A stretch of DNA of 64,000 nt, taken from an uncultured delta proteobacterium. Its GTDB lineage: Bacteria; Desulfobacterota; Desulfomonilia; UBA1062. Location: contig CAVVYZ010000019.1 of the NCBI GenBank assembly GCA_963752595.1, positions 1 to 64,000 of the forward strand, given 5' to 3'. Below the pieces are notes generated by a model. That model was not told the DNA's origin. It was given only the letters and a program-made list of their open reading frames with translations, and searched no databases. Both the position numbers and the translations under genes were made by a program. How positions within the stretch are numbered: the first letter of the stretch is position 1; each line of letters starts with the position of its first letter. This document shows positions 19,678 through 30,633 of this stretch, one piece after another.

Positions 19678-21636
19678 ATGACTGCAAAAAGTCGGTTGGT
19701 TAAATATTTAGGCCCGTTGTTACCGGTATTCGGTTTTTTTCTTGTATCACTTGTTTTTTTAAGCCTGGCGCGACTAGGCTTCATTGCCTGGAAATGGGAC
19801 CGGGTCGCTGCTGTTGAAGGTCTATGGACGGTTCTCGGATATGGTTTCCGCATGGATATCCTGCTGCTGTCGATTGCCGTGGCCCTGCCAACCTTCGTAA
19901 GCCTTCTTCTACCCTCCGGCGACAAGATTCGTCGCATCTGGCACCGCGTTCTGCCGGTATGGCTTACAGGGTACGCGACGATTATTGTATTCATGGAGGC
20001 GGCAACGCCGTCATTCGTAGATCAGTACGACGCCCGTCCGAACCGTCTCTTCTTTGAATATCTCGACCACCCACAGGAAGTCTTTTCAACCCTGTGGGCT
20101 GCTTACAAAGTTCCACTGATCCTGGCCGTGGTCCTGATTGTCCTGACGATCTGGGGTGTCTGGAAATTGAGTCAAAGACTGGCCTCTGTATCCCAACCCT
20201 GGGGGGTGGTGCGGAGACTGGTTGTCCTGCCCCTGGTTCTGCTTCTTCTTTTTGCCGGTGCCCGCTCCAGTTTCGGTCACCGCCCCGCTAACCTGAGCAC
20301 GACGGCTTTTTGCAACGATTCACTGGTCAACCAGTTGGGTGTCAGTTCCACCTATTCCCTTAGCTTTGCCATTTATAGAATGCATGATGAGTCGGATTCG
20401 GTGCGTTTTTACGGTAAAATGGCCACCGATGAGGTCATCCGGCGCGTGCAGGAAGCGATGGACCTTCCCGAAACCGCGTTCACCAATCCGGAAATCCCAA
20501 CCCTGCACAGGCAGATCCCACAGCAGAAACGTGAGAAGCCGCTCAATCTGGTCATTATTCTCGAGGAAAGCCTGGGTGCTAAATATGTCCAATCCCTGGG
20601 TGGTCTTCCCCTGACCCCGGAGCTGGAAAAACTTTCTCAGAAAGGCCTGTGGTTCACACAGCTTTATGCCACAGGGACACGTTCGGTAAGGGGGATCGAG
20701 GCGATTGTTACAGGCTTTCCCCCGACGCCGGCGCGCAGTATCGTCAAACTGGGTCTGTCACAGCAGAACTTTTTTACCCTCGCCCGCCTCATGAAAAAGC
20801 AGGGGTACGTCACCGAGTTTCTCTACGGGGGGGACAGCCAGTTCGATAATATGCGGGGCTTTCTCCTTGGAAATGGTTTCGATCGTGTGATTGATGAAAA
20901 GCACTTTGCCGAATCGGCTTTTCGTGGCTCCTGGGGTGTTTCCGACGAAGACCTCTTCACCCGTACCCACCAGGAACTTCTCGCCCATGGGGATAAGCCG
21001 TTTTTTACCTTTGTGTTCAGCGTATCCAACCACTCTCCCTTTGACTTTCCCGATGGTCGTATAGATCTCTATGAGAAGCCTAAGAATACCCCCTATAACG
21101 CGATAAAATACGCGGATTATGCCCTTGGGAGGTTCTTTGAGCTTGCTCAGAAAGCCCCTTACTGGGATAACACTCTGTTCCTGGTTGTGGCCGATCATGA
21201 AGACAAGGTTTCCGGCGACGAACTGGTGCCCGTTAAACTTTTTCATATTCCTGCGCTGATTATGGGGGCCGATGTCAAGCCGGGCCACTACGACAAAGTA
21301 GCCAGTCAGATGGATCTTGCTCCGACTCTGCTGTCCCTCATGGGGGTCGAATCGAGTCATCCCATGCAGGGGCAAGACCTTCTGCAGACGCACGAGAATG
21401 ATCCTGGCCGCGCTGTCATGCAGTTTAACAACAACCAGGCCTACATGGTGGGAGACCGGGTTGTGATCCACACCCCCAATAAGCCTGCAACCGAGTATAT
21501 TTTTCGGCAGGAAAAACTGGTGCCGGTAGAAGAGCAGTCTGATCTCATCCGGGACGCCTTGGCTCAGGCCATATGGCCGGTTATCGCCTACAGGGAGAAA
21601 CGGTATCGGCTTGATGAGAGTAAATCAATCTTCTGA
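19678..21636 (+). CDS. LTA synthase family membrane sulfatase/phosphoglycerol transferase
   Basis: N-terminal TMs; NLVIILEES, TRSVRG, SNHSPF, VADH, SQMDLAPT. Confidence 0.92.
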   Translation: MTAKSRLVKYLGPLLPVFGFFLVSLVFLSLARLGFIAWKWDRVAAVEGLWTVLGYGFRMDILLLSIAVALPTFVSLLLPSGDKIRRIWHRVLPVWLTGYATIIVFMEAATPSFVDQYDARPNRLFFEYLDHPQEVFSTLWAAYKVPLILAVVLIVLTIWGVWKLSQRLASVSQPWGVVRRLVVLPLVLLLLFAGARSSFGHRPANLSTTAFCNDSLVNQLGVSSTYSLSFAIYRMHDESDSVRFYGKMATDEVIRRVQEAMDLPETAFTNPEIPTLHRQIPQQKREKPLNLVIILEESLGAKYVQSLGGLPLTPELEKLSQKGLWFTQLYATGTRSVRGIEAIVTGFPPTPARSIVKLGLSQQNFFTLARLMKKQGYVTEFLYGGDSQFDNMRGFLLGNGFDRVIDEKHFAESAFRGSWGVSDEDLFTRTHQELLAHGDKPFFTFVFSVSNHSPFDFPDGRIDLYEKPKNTPYNAIKYADYALGRFFELAQKAPYWDNTLFLVVADHEDKVSGDELVPVKLFHIPALIMGADVKPGHYDKVASQMDLAPTLLSLMGVESSHPMQGQDLLQTHENDPGRAVMQFNNNQAYMVGDRVVIHTPNKPATEYIFRQEKLVPVEEQSDLIRDALAQAIWPVIAYREKRYRLDESKSIF

Positions 21637-21680
21637 CTCATTTATTATAAGTGTTCCCTAGGTTTCCACGAAACAGACGG

Positions 21681-22914
21681 TCAGGGAACCGGAACGGCCT
21701 TGAGCGGCACCCGGAGTATGATAAACTCGGCCGGTTGCACAGCGGCAATGCCGATGAGCAGGTTGACCCTGCCGGCAGCAATGTCGGCTTGTGTCATAGT
21801 GGCGCGATCGCATTTCACGAAGAATGCGTCCTTCGGATAAGTCCCCAGCAAGGCACCTTGGCTCCAGAGGTTCGTGAGGAAATTCGTTGTCGATTGGCGA
21901 ACCCTGGCCCATAGGGTCTCGCCGTTCGGCTCCATCTGGGTCCAGCCGAGGCTCCGGGTGATGCTCTCTTCAATGAACAGGCCCAAACGCCGGACATGGA
22001 TATAACGCCATCCCGAGTAAGGATCCGCCAGGGTTCTTTCACTCCGGATCGCGTAACGGCCCCTGAGGAAACGCACGCGGTTTACCCCGTTAGGGCCCAG
22101 GCTCGATACTTCATAATCCGGGATATCGGAAGCCAGACCGGATACTCCAAGGAAGAACAGTTCTACACCGCATGGCGCCTTCCAGATCCCGCGTTCCATG
22201 ACGGTGCGGACAAAGATCCCCGCCACGGCGCCGCTTGGCGGCACCAGCACGGGGCGCGCCCGTAAGCACATCGGTCACCCTGATCCAGGGATGATACAGG
22301 GCGCCCCAAGAGCCCTTGGAACGGAGCCTATCCGCATGATCTCGTACTGCGGCAGCCCCGGCCATAAAAGGCGCATCCAGAATCGCGAACCGGTAGCGCA
22401 TCTTCTCGCAATGGTTCAACACCGCAAGCTGAACCGGGATATCGGTCCGCCCCGGCACGGCCACCAGGCCAATTCCAGCCACGGGCTCCAAGGCGGAAAG
22501 GGCTGACGTATACTCGGCGTCCACTATGCGGACGATAACCGCCATTTTTCCGCCGTGGCGGAAAAAACCGTCCAGGGCATAACCAAGAAATTGATTCTTC
22601 TTGGGATCGGTGTTGCCGAACAGCGCGGTGAATTCGCTTGTGCTTTTAATCGGGACCGGGCTGAGCACCGGCCCTTTCTCCGACGTGCCGATGAATGCGG
22701 CCGTAGTGGCAGGCGTGCCCGTGATGGGCCCGGGAAGCCTGTTGATCGTAGTAGTGGATATCGTGTTTGCGGGAGTGTTTGTCTGGAAGATATCGCCGGC
22801 AGCCGTCATCGGCAGCCACGCCGCCCAGAAAACGATCATGCATGCAAGAAGCCCCTTGTGCAGCAATAAACGGTTCTTGGCGCCCCGGTCAGTAGACCAG
22901 CCATTATTCTTCAT
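21681..22914 (-). CDS. contractile tail-sheath family protein with N-terminal signal peptide (one frameshift near 22260)
   Basis: TAAFIG..KGP, FFRHGG, RFAILDAP, ALYHPW, VPPSGAVAG, WKAP, WRYIHVRRL, AFFVKCD, PAEFIILR. Confidence 0.88.
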
Positions 22915-23045
22915 GCGTGCCCCTTCCCTTAAAAAACTTATGCCTGAATTGATAACAGGAATCGACAATGCTTACATATGACCGACATTAGAGAGGTTGC
23001 AGTTCATTATGGAACTCTTCTGATAAATCGTATATCAATTAATTA

Positions 23046-24608
23046 ATGAGAGACCAACGGGACAAAGCGATCGCATTCATGGATATGGGCACCAATTCCA
23101 TGCGTCTCATGATCGTCCGCATCGACTCGAATCATACCTATACCATCCTTTCCCGGCAGAAAGAGATGATACGCCTCGGCGAAGGAGAGTTTGACCACGG
23201 CTACATCCTGGAAGATTCAATGGACAGGGCGATCGCCGTCTGCAGGAACTTCGCGGACATGGCTGCTTCCTTCAAGGCTGATGACATCATCTGTGTCACC
23301 ACTTCGGCCACCCGCGATGCGAATAACAAGAAAGAATTCCTTTCACGGCTCAAAAAAGAGGCAGGGCTCGATATCCACGTCATATCCGGCACCGAGGAGG
23401 CACGTCTCATTTACCTCGGCGTCTCGAGAGGAACCAATGTCACCGGGCGGTCGCTCTTTATCGACATAGGCGGCGGCAGCACCGAGCTCATTGTCGGCGA
23501 TGGAAAGCACTATGAGTATCTCGACAGCGTGAAGGTCGGGGCCATACGTCTGAGCACGCTCCTGCTGGGCGACACCAGCGAGCCTGTTTCCACCACTAGC
23601 TACCTCCTGCTCCAGGATTATGTGCGCAACAAAAGCATCCGTTCCTTCCAGCGGATCAAGGAGCTCTGGCTGAAAAACGCTTACGGCAGCTCGGGCACCG
23701 TACAGAATCTCGCCGAGATCTGCTGCCGGACCTTATACGGAGGAGATCCCGAAAAAAGAACCACCCTTGCCCTCAAAGACCTCAAACAGATCGTCAAACA
23801 CTTGTGCAGCCTTCCCCTCAAGGAACGAAAGCTCGTTCCCGGGATAAATCCCAGCCGGGCAGACATCGTCATCGGAGGAGCAGCAATCCTCGATACGATC
23901 CTCACCGACCTGAATATCCAGGAGATACAGGTCAGCAACCGCGAGCTCAGGGACGGCCTGCTCGTGGATTATCTCTGCCGCATCGACCGGCCTGCAGTGG
24001 ATGAATCCTCAGTAAGGCAGACGAGCGTACTGCAGCTCGGACGCAGGAGTAACTTTGACGAGCACCATGCCCGGAGAGTTGCAAAACTCGGACTCGAGCT
24101 TTTCGACAGCGCCCTGGGGATAGGCCTTCACCAGCAGAACCGGTGGGAACGGGAGCTCTTTTCTTACGCCGCCCTTCTTCATGATGTGGGAACGTTTCTC
24201 TCGTACACCAATCACCACGCCAATAGCGCCTATTTCATCCGCAACGCCGACCTTCTGGGCTTCAGCCAGCAAGAGCTCACGATCATAGCCGCGACAGCAT
24301 ACTTCCACCGGAAGGGGTTACCCGGTGATGAATTCCCTGAATTTGCCGCTATCGACAAAACAGCCCGGGACACTGTCAAAGGACAGTTCATCTTTCTCCG
24401 CATAGCCGAGAGCCTCGACAGGAGCCATGCCGCCCTCGTGGAGAGCGCCCGCTTCCTGAGCGGAAATAAAGGAAGCATCGTGCTGGAAGTATCTTCATCA
24501 AAAGACTGCCAGCTTGAGCTCTGGGGCATCCAGAAACACTGCGAGACCTTCGAGGCAGTTTTCGGCAAGCCGCTCACCATTGCTCATGTCTCAAAGGGTG
24601 AACTGTGA
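23046..24608 (+). CDS. ppx: Ppx/GppA exopolyphosphatase with HD domain
   Basis: DMGTNS, SATRDA, EEARL, DIGGGSTE, LRDG, LLHDVG. Confidence 0.92.
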   Translation: MRDQRDKAIAFMDMGTNSMRLMIVRIDSNHTYTILSRQKEMIRLGEGEFDHGYILEDSMDRAIAVCRNFADMAASFKADDIICVTTSATRDANNKKEFLSRLKKEAGLDIHVISGTEEARLIYLGVSRGTNVTGRSLFIDIGGGSTELIVGDGKHYEYLDSVKVGAIRLSTLLLGDTSEPVSTTSYLLLQDYVRNKSIRSFQRIKELWLKNAYGSSGTVQNLAEICCRTLYGGDPEKRTTLALKDLKQIVKHLCSLPLKERKLVPGINPSRADIVIGGAAILDTILTDLNIQEIQVSNRELRDGLLVDYLCRIDRPAVDESSVRQTSVLQLGRRSNFDEHHARRVAKLGLELFDSALGIGLHQQNRWERELFSYAALLHDVGTFLSYTNHHANSAYFIRNADLLGFSQQELTIIAATAYFHRKGLPGDEFPEFAAIDKTARDTVKGQFIFLRIAESLDRSHAALVESARFLSGNKGSIVLEVSSSKDCQLELWGIQKHCETFEAVFGKPLTIAHVSKGEL

Positions 24609-24645
24609 ACCCGTTTTAATATGAGGGAGGGGGCGGATCATACGT

Positions 24646-25836
24646 ATGCATACTGACCAGAGCACTTATACGTGGGGTTTTTCTTCAGAGAAATGCGTTC
24701 AATGCGGGAAATGCCTTGCCGGCTGCCAATACGCGCACTTCACAAAGCAGCAGGCCCGGGATGTGATGAAGAAGGTCACGGTCATGCCGCAGTGGTACCC
24801 GGAGCTCGCCTCCTGCATCCGGTGCGGCAAGTGCGACCATCGCTGCCCAAACGATGCGCGCCCCGGCAGCCTGATGCGCGAGTGCCTTGAGCACAAACGG
24901 CGCGCAGAGCCCGAGCTTCCCGCTTCCATGGCATACGGCATCAACGGCCTGGGGCCGGAGGGCTGGGGGCCGAATTTCTTCACGGATGTGTACAAGGGTT
25001 TGGGAAAGCCGGAGAGAAAAATCCTGCGCAGCTGGGCAACCCCCAAGAAGAGCAGGGACATCCTCTGGGTGGGCTGCACCGACCGGATGATGCCGCGCAC
25101 CCTGGAGGAATCACCTAGCTTACGGAATATCGCGAAGTTCGGAGGCCCTGACGACTGCTGCGGCGTGTGGGCGATGCAGGCGGGGCTGCTGGATGAAGGA
25201 TACCGGATTGCGAAGCGGCTGGTGAACCGTCTAAAGGAAAACCGTTTCGAGCGCCTGGTGGTGGGATGCGGGCACTGCCAGAAAGTGCTCACCAGGATCA
25301 TGCCCGAGACCTATGGCATAGAGCCGCCGTTTCCGATCGTAGGCCTCTACGACTACTTCCTGGAGCTGATCGAATCCGGCTCCGCCCGCGTCACGAACCC
25401 TTTGCACCTCGATGCGGCCATATCGGACCCGTGCTTCGGGTATGAAAATGGAAACGATTACCTGGACACTACCCGCCGCATTGCAGCGGCCATCGGCATG
25501 ACCGTCTCCGAGATGCCGCACAACCGGGAAAATGCCCTCTGCTGCGGATACGGAGGATTATACACCGACGGCAAGATAACCAGGGTCGTACAGGCTGCAA
25601 GGATCAAGCGCAAGGACCTGGCTGCAAGCGGGAAAAGGCATGTGGTAAGCTACTGCCCGGGATGCCACCTCGTGAACCATTATTTCCAGCCCGGGTATCG
25701 ATCGCACTATCTCCTGGAGGGAGTGCTCTCGGCCCTGGGCGAGACAACGGCAACGCCGTTTTCCATCTTTTACCGGCGGCTTGCCCGGCCCCACATCGCC
25801 TGGAATCTCATGGGCACTGCCGGGAGCGCCTTTTAG
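24646..25836 (+). CDS. Fe-S oxidoreductase with CCG domains (GlpC/HdrD-like)
   Basis: CVQCGKCLAGC, CIRCGKCDHRCP, two CCG motifs. Confidence 0.88.
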   Translation: MHTDQSTYTWGFSSEKCVQCGKCLAGCQYAHFTKQQARDVMKKVTVMPQWYPELASCIRCGKCDHRCPNDARPGSLMRECLEHKRRAEPELPASMAYGINGLGPEGWGPNFFTDVYKGLGKPERKILRSWATPKKSRDILWVGCTDRMMPRTLEESPSLRNIAKFGGPDDCCGVWAMQAGLLDEGYRIAKRLVNRLKENRFERLVVGCGHCQKVLTRIMPETYGIEPPFPIVGLYDYFLELIESGSARVTNPLHLDAAISDPCFGYENGNDYLDTTRRIAAAIGMTVSEMPHNRENALCCGYGGLYTDGKITRVVQAARIKRKDLAASGKRHVVSYCPGCHLVNHYFQPGYRSHYLLEGVLSALGETTATPFSIFYRRLARPHIAWNLMGTAGSAF

Positions 25837-25902
25837 GAAGAGCACCTTCCGTGCGCATCGAGCAGGAGCTGGGGCTGAAGGCAGGATGCTGATATCCATC
25901 AG

Positions 25903-26787
25903 CTATCTCCTAACGTTTGCACTCACAATTTGCCACCATGGCTTTATTCTTCTTCCAGGATATTTACCGGCAAAATATATGTTTTTAAGATAATCGGCCC
26001 CGACATCCTTTATATTTTCAAACCCTCTTTTACTTAAAAAAGAATTGATCTTATCTTCCTCAAAGCCCAGGATAAAAGGCTCGTTTGTTTTGGCCATCTT
26101 CCTATATTCATTCATTGCCCCTTCCAACTCACAAGTGCCGTCAACAACAGATTTCAAAATGTAATCAAAAATTATCGGACTGCCGGTTCCTGAATTTGCA
26201 GAAATAAAAGTCAAGGTTTCATCTACTGATTCCGGACTGATATATGGCGTTGTACCTTCCCAAATAAACAATGTTTTCAAATCCCTTTTATAGCTGCTTT
26301 TCAAGAGATTGATATCGATTTTCTCATAATTGAAATCAACATCCACAAAAACAACATGTTCAGGCAGGGTCCCGAATATATTCTTAACTTTTTCTTTTTT
26401 TATTGTTTGAGTCGCTGGATGGTCAACTTCGTAAACTTTCATCTTTTTAAGATCGCCAAATCTATATGGCCTTGAATCAAAACCTGCCCCCAATATTACC
26501 AGCTGTTCAATCCCGTTTGCGATGTATTCTGCCAGGTAGTCATCAATATATCTTGTACGTGCAATAACATAATAATTATGCCCGAGAAAAAAGACGTTCC
26601 ATCAGCCAAACTATAAACAACCGCATAATTTTACTCTGAATCAAAATGGAATATTGGCGCTGAGGAAGTCTTTAGCGTACTTATCAAAGCATATACGTTC
26701 ATTTTCTGATTTTAATGACTCTATCGCCCTTGAGAGAGCCATTTGATCTGCCGTTCTACTGGGTTTTATTTTTTCCAAAATTATCAC
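25903..26787 (-). CDS. class I SAM-dependent methyltransferase (leucine-carboxyl MTase/YktD type), frameshifted
   Basis: SRTA..MALSRAIES, ARTRYIDD, QLVILGAGFDSR, EVDHPATQ, FIWEG. Confidence 0.85.
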
Positions 26788-26868
26788 CCAACTCCTTTAA
26801 AGACAATTAAGCAATTTTTGTCCTGTATTTTTACAATCCGGAGCTTCACCACCTGCCGGATTCTATTT

Positions 26869-27477
26869 TCAGACTCTATATGGTTTCATCAGGCTGGTTA
26901 TGCTCTCTTTAAAAGCATTCATTGCCCATTCAGTTGAATTCGACTCTCTCGCAAGGTACCAACGAATGCTGATTCCCAGGTAGATCGATGAAATCAATCG
27001 CGATATGGCATCAGCATCGATATTCTTCTTAAAAATTTTCTTTTTTTTGCCTTCTTCAATAGCGGACCGGAGGAGTGCAATCCAGTTTTCAAGCCATTCA
27101 TCAAAAAGCTTTTGGTAATCCTGATCATGAACTGCCAAGGACATGCAATCAAAAAGGAGCGGATATCCCACATGTACATCAGGATCATTTATGTCAAAAA
27201 ACGTACTGAACCCTAAAAGCTTTTCCATGGGATCATCGATCTGATCCAACTCATCTTTACTCCGTTTGAATATCCGTTGAAAAAATTCCTTAAAAACTGT
27301 TCTGAAGAGAACTTCTTTGGACGGGAAATAATGCGCAAGACCCCCATTGGATAATCCAGCAGCTTTTGCCAAGTCACGCATGGTGATATTTGATACTCCG
27401 GCAGTAGAAATGGCTAATAAGGCAGCCTCGGTAATATGATTCATCCTGATTTCTTCAATTTTTGGGAAACGTGACAA
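26869..27477 (-). CDS. TetR family regulator (BetI-like C-terminus)
   Basis: ITMRDLAKAAGLSNGGLAHYFPSKE HTH; AAGGAG RBS. Confidence 0.92.
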   Translation of the reverse strand: MSRFPKIEEIRMNHITEAALLAISTAGVSNITMRDLAKAAGLSNGGLAHYFPSKEVLFRTVFKEFFQRIFKRSKDELDQIDDPMEKLLGFSTFFDINDPDVHVGYPLLFDCMSLAVHDQDYQKLFDEWLENWIALLRSAIEEGKKKKIFKKNIDADAISRLISSIYLGISIRWYLARESNSTEWAMNAFKESITSLMKPYRV

Positions 27478-27503
27478 TTAACAACTCCTTTATCATTCAC
27501 CAT

Positions 27504-27540
27504 TACCGGTCAATCGTATTATATACCGGACGTTCGTATT
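27504..27540. promoter_or_regulatory. tandem putative TetR operators
   Basis: TACCGGTCAATCGTATT and TACCGGACGTTCGTATT at a 20-bp period, just upstream of the TetR gene. Confidence 0.55.
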
Positions 27541-27789
27541 GTTTATTATATAAAAGATTAATTTTTGTCAAGATAATCAGAGGTAAACGGCTGTTGATCA
27601 AGGTATGAAGAGGGTCAGAGATAAATGTGTCAGGTCTTGAATTTAAGCGCCAACCTTCCCCTGGCGAAAGCTAAATATATCAGTTATATGAATGATATGC
27701 ATGTTGCTGATTGTTTCTCATAGATGATCATCTGATGGCTTTGATCTGATCGGACGGATTTAAGGAAAGGTGGCTGTCGGATCGGATGG

Positions 27790-28983
27790 GTGGCTACGAA
27801 TGATAAAGGAGTTCTCTTGCCCGATGTCGTCTTGAGAATCCTGCTGGAGATAATCACCTTCGGGGTGGGATTTTCTCTTGTTTTTGCAGTTGCGCAGATC
27901 TGCAGGAAGGATCCAGGCCTGTCGAACTATCTCAACTTCCTGGTCTTTCTTGGGAACAGCATCATCCAGCTGTTTGTCGTGTTGAAGGTGACGAATGTCA
28001 TCCAGGAATATCCCCTTGCTTCCTTTCTTTCCCTGTCGGCGATTTTCTTTATCGGCCCGGCAAATTATCTGTATCACCATATCCTGCTGAATCCGGCAAA
28101 GGCGGTGTCGGTGAAGCTGAAGATTCAATTCGCCCCTGCAGCAGCCGCCCTCATCTGCGAGATTCTCTTCCAGCTCCTGCCCCTCGATCTGAAAAAACAA
28201 TACCTGGCCGAGCTGATCCGATCGCCGCTTGACCATTGGTTCACTGTGGTACTCGCCTCCGGTGCGATCTTCACCTTCGTCTATTTCATGATCATGTTCA
28301 GACTGGGGCTCACTGTTCTGAAGAGTGAAAACATACGGGCGCAGGTCCTTATCATGCTGGCAGCCTTTTCCTCCACGCTGGTATCCATTGTCCTTCTTTC
28401 CCTTGGCTTTTTGTTGTGCTCGGACCCCGTGCTGCTCATGGGCGGAACGATTATAACGCTCATAAATGTCTGCGTGTTTCTGTCCAACATGAGGTATCCC
28501 AACTTCTACCGGCTCATCGAGCAAGAAATAAAGAAAAGCAGGTACGAAAGGTCTCTTCTCAAGGGGCTGGACACCGAGGTCGTCTTCGACCGCCTGACCT
28601 ATCTGATGGGTGTCGAAAACATCTATACGGATTTTGAGTTAAGCCTTGAAGGCCTCGCGCAGATGCTGTCCATCACCCCGCACCAGCTTTCCGAGTTTAT
28701 GAACGAGAGGCTCAATACCAATTTTCGTAATTACATAAACTCGTACCGGATCGAGGAGGCAAAAAAGATACTCATCAATGAGTCGGACAAGAATATTCTC
28801 ACGATCTGCTACGATGTCGGGTTCAACTCGAAATCCACCTTCAACCATTGCTTTAAAAAATATACGAACAAAACACCCTCCGAGTTCCGCCTGGAGTATC
28901 TGTCAGAGGATAAAAACGGTACGGATTCTATAAATCCGGCTGTCTGCACTGCCGTTATCGACGGGCCTGGACCAAAGCCATGA
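27790..28983 (+). CDS. membrane-anchored AraC family regulator (multi-TM N-terminus)
   Basis: About 6 hydrophobic segments, then HQLSEFMN..NFRNYINSYRIEEAK..VGFNSKSTFN..FKK..TPSEFR. Confidence 0.92.
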   Translation: MATNDKGVLLPDVVLRILLEIITFGVGFSLVFAVAQICRKDPGLSNYLNFLVFLGNSIIQLFVVLKVTNVIQEYPLASFLSLSAIFFIGPANYLYHHILLNPAKAVSVKLKIQFAPAAAALICEILFQLLPLDLKKQYLAELIRSPLDHWFTVVLASGAIFTFVYFMIMFRLGLTVLKSENIRAQVLIMLAAFSSTLVSIVLLSLGFLLCSDPVLLMGGTIITLINVCVFLSNMRYPNFYRLIEQEIKKSRYERSLLKGLDTEVVFDRLTYLMGVENIYTDFELSLEGLAQMLSITPHQLSEFMNERLNTNFRNYINSYRIEEAKKILINESDKNILTICYDVGFNSKSTFNHCFKKYTNKTPSEFRLEYLSEDKNGTDSINPAVCTAVIDGPGPKP

Positions 28984-29112
28984 GCCGGTAATCCTAAAAA
29001 CATCTTTTCCCCGGAGTGCGGATCTATAAACCCGGTCGACGGATGCCTCCCCTACTCTTATCTTTGAAATAAAAATGCACAACTTAAGATTATTTGAAAG
29101 GAGGAATTTATC

Positions 29113-30630
29113 ATGGGTTCGACCAGACCGGAGACATCCGGATATTCTTCAGCAAGCCTCGGCTTTACGGATACCCTGAACAGTCTCGAGGCCCAGCATC
29201 GTCTTCCTGCACGGATCAAGGCAGATTTTTATGAGGCCATAAAGCTTGCGCGGAGATTCAATGACGAGGTCCTCCGCCCGGTCTACTTAGGAGTAGACAG
29301 ACATGTCATGGAGGACAACGAATACCTGCCCCGGGATTTCATCAGAAAGGCGAACGAATGGGGCCTGTACACCCTCTGGATACCCAAGATGTATGGCGGA
29401 GAGGGGATGAACATGCTGTCCCTGTATACCTTCATGGAAGAGCTTTCATCCGTCTGTGCCGGGCTGGCAAACCTCATCGGTGCCCATTATCTTGGGGTCT
29501 CTGTCCTGTGCTCGTCGTGCAACATGAAAACCACCAACAGGATACTCCGTGATATCGTCAGCGAGGCGAAAAAGGGCAACCCCTGCCTTATCTCGCTGGC
29601 ATGGACAGAGCCCGGCGCAGGCACCGACCAGGTGGAGGGCCCGCTCCTTCCCCAGGCAAAGGTCAGGACGCAAGCCTTAAAGGTTGCAGGCGGCTATATG
29701 GTCAATGGAAGCAAGGTGTTCATCTCTGCCGGACACTTAAGCACCTGGCACATGCTCATCTGCTATGAGGATGTGAAGAAGCCTGCAGATTCCCTGATCA
29801 TGCTTGCCGTAAAGACCGGAATGAAGGGGTTCGGCTTCGGCCATAAAGAGCACAAAATGGGGCAGAAGGCATGCGTGGCCAGCGAGCTGATCTTTGAAGA
29901 CTGCTTTGTGCCGGATGAAAACGTCTGCTTTTCTCATGATCAGGTCAGTAGTCTCGGCATCACGGCGAGAGAGGCCGGCCTGAAATTGATCAACATGTTC
30001 CCTGCCGTGACCCAGCCCGGGGTCGCCGCCCTCGGGGCAGGCATTGCCCGGGCTGCCTGTGAGGCTGCCATCCGGTATGCCGCAAAAAAGAAGGTCGCAG
30101 GCGCCAACCTGATCAACCAGGAATGGGTGCAGATGGTCATTGCGGACATGTATGCGAATGTCGTGGCGGCACGGGCCATATACATGGAGGCTGCCTATGC
30201 CGCGGGCTTACGGAGCATGATCCGGCTGCTCTTCGACAAGGTGCTGTTTTACCTCACGCTCTATACACCTGCCTGGATGTTCACCTTCTTCGTCTCACCC
30301 TTGTTCAACCTCGAGATCGTCAATCATATCTACCGGAAGCTGAACTTCGAATGGACCAGCGCCGAGGACGAAAGGCACATGTCAGGGCTCGGCTCCCTGA
30401 CGAAATTCACGTGCACCGACATGGCAGTGCAAAACTGCGCAAAAGCCCTGGACCTCATGGGTGCAGACGGAACACGGCACGATGCAGGGGCGGAGAAACT
30501 GCTTCGGGATGCAAAGCTGCTTCAGATCTATGAGGGGACGAACGAGGTCAACAGGATCAATCTCTTTGCCACGCACATCGCACGCAACATGCCCGATGTC
30601 CGGGTATTCGAAGAAGGATCAAGGAGGTAG
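29113..30630 (+). CDS. acyl-CoA dehydrogenase
   Basis: TEPGAGTD, NGSKVFIS, KMGQ, LLRDAKLLQIYEGTNE. Confidence 0.93.
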   Translation: MGSTRPETSGYSSASLGFTDTLNSLEAQHRLPARIKADFYEAIKLARRFNDEVLRPVYLGVDRHVMEDNEYLPRDFIRKANEWGLYTLWIPKMYGGEGMNMLSLYTFMEELSSVCAGLANLIGAHYLGVSVLCSSCNMKTTNRILRDIVSEAKKGNPCLISLAWTEPGAGTDQVEGPLLPQAKVRTQALKVAGGYMVNGSKVFISAGHLSTWHMLICYEDVKKPADSLIMLAVKTGMKGFGFGHKEHKMGQKACVASELIFEDCFVPDENVCFSHDQVSSLGITAREAGLKLINMFPAVTQPGVAALGAGIARAACEAAIRYAAKKKVAGANLINQEWVQMVIADMYANVVAARAIYMEAAYAAGLRSMIRLLFDKVLFYLTLYTPAWMFTFFVSPLFNLEIVNHIYRKLNFEWTSAEDERHMSGLGSLTKFTCTDMAVQNCAKALDLMGADGTRHDAGAEKLLRDAKLLQIYEGTNEVNRINLFATHIARNMPDVRVFEEGSRR

Positions 30631-30633
30631 ACC

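Noticed and set aside
21681-22914. Prophage or complete eCIS/tailocin locus
   Set aside because: Only the sheath gene is present; the flanks are ltaS-like and ppx, with no tube, baseplate, capsid or integrase
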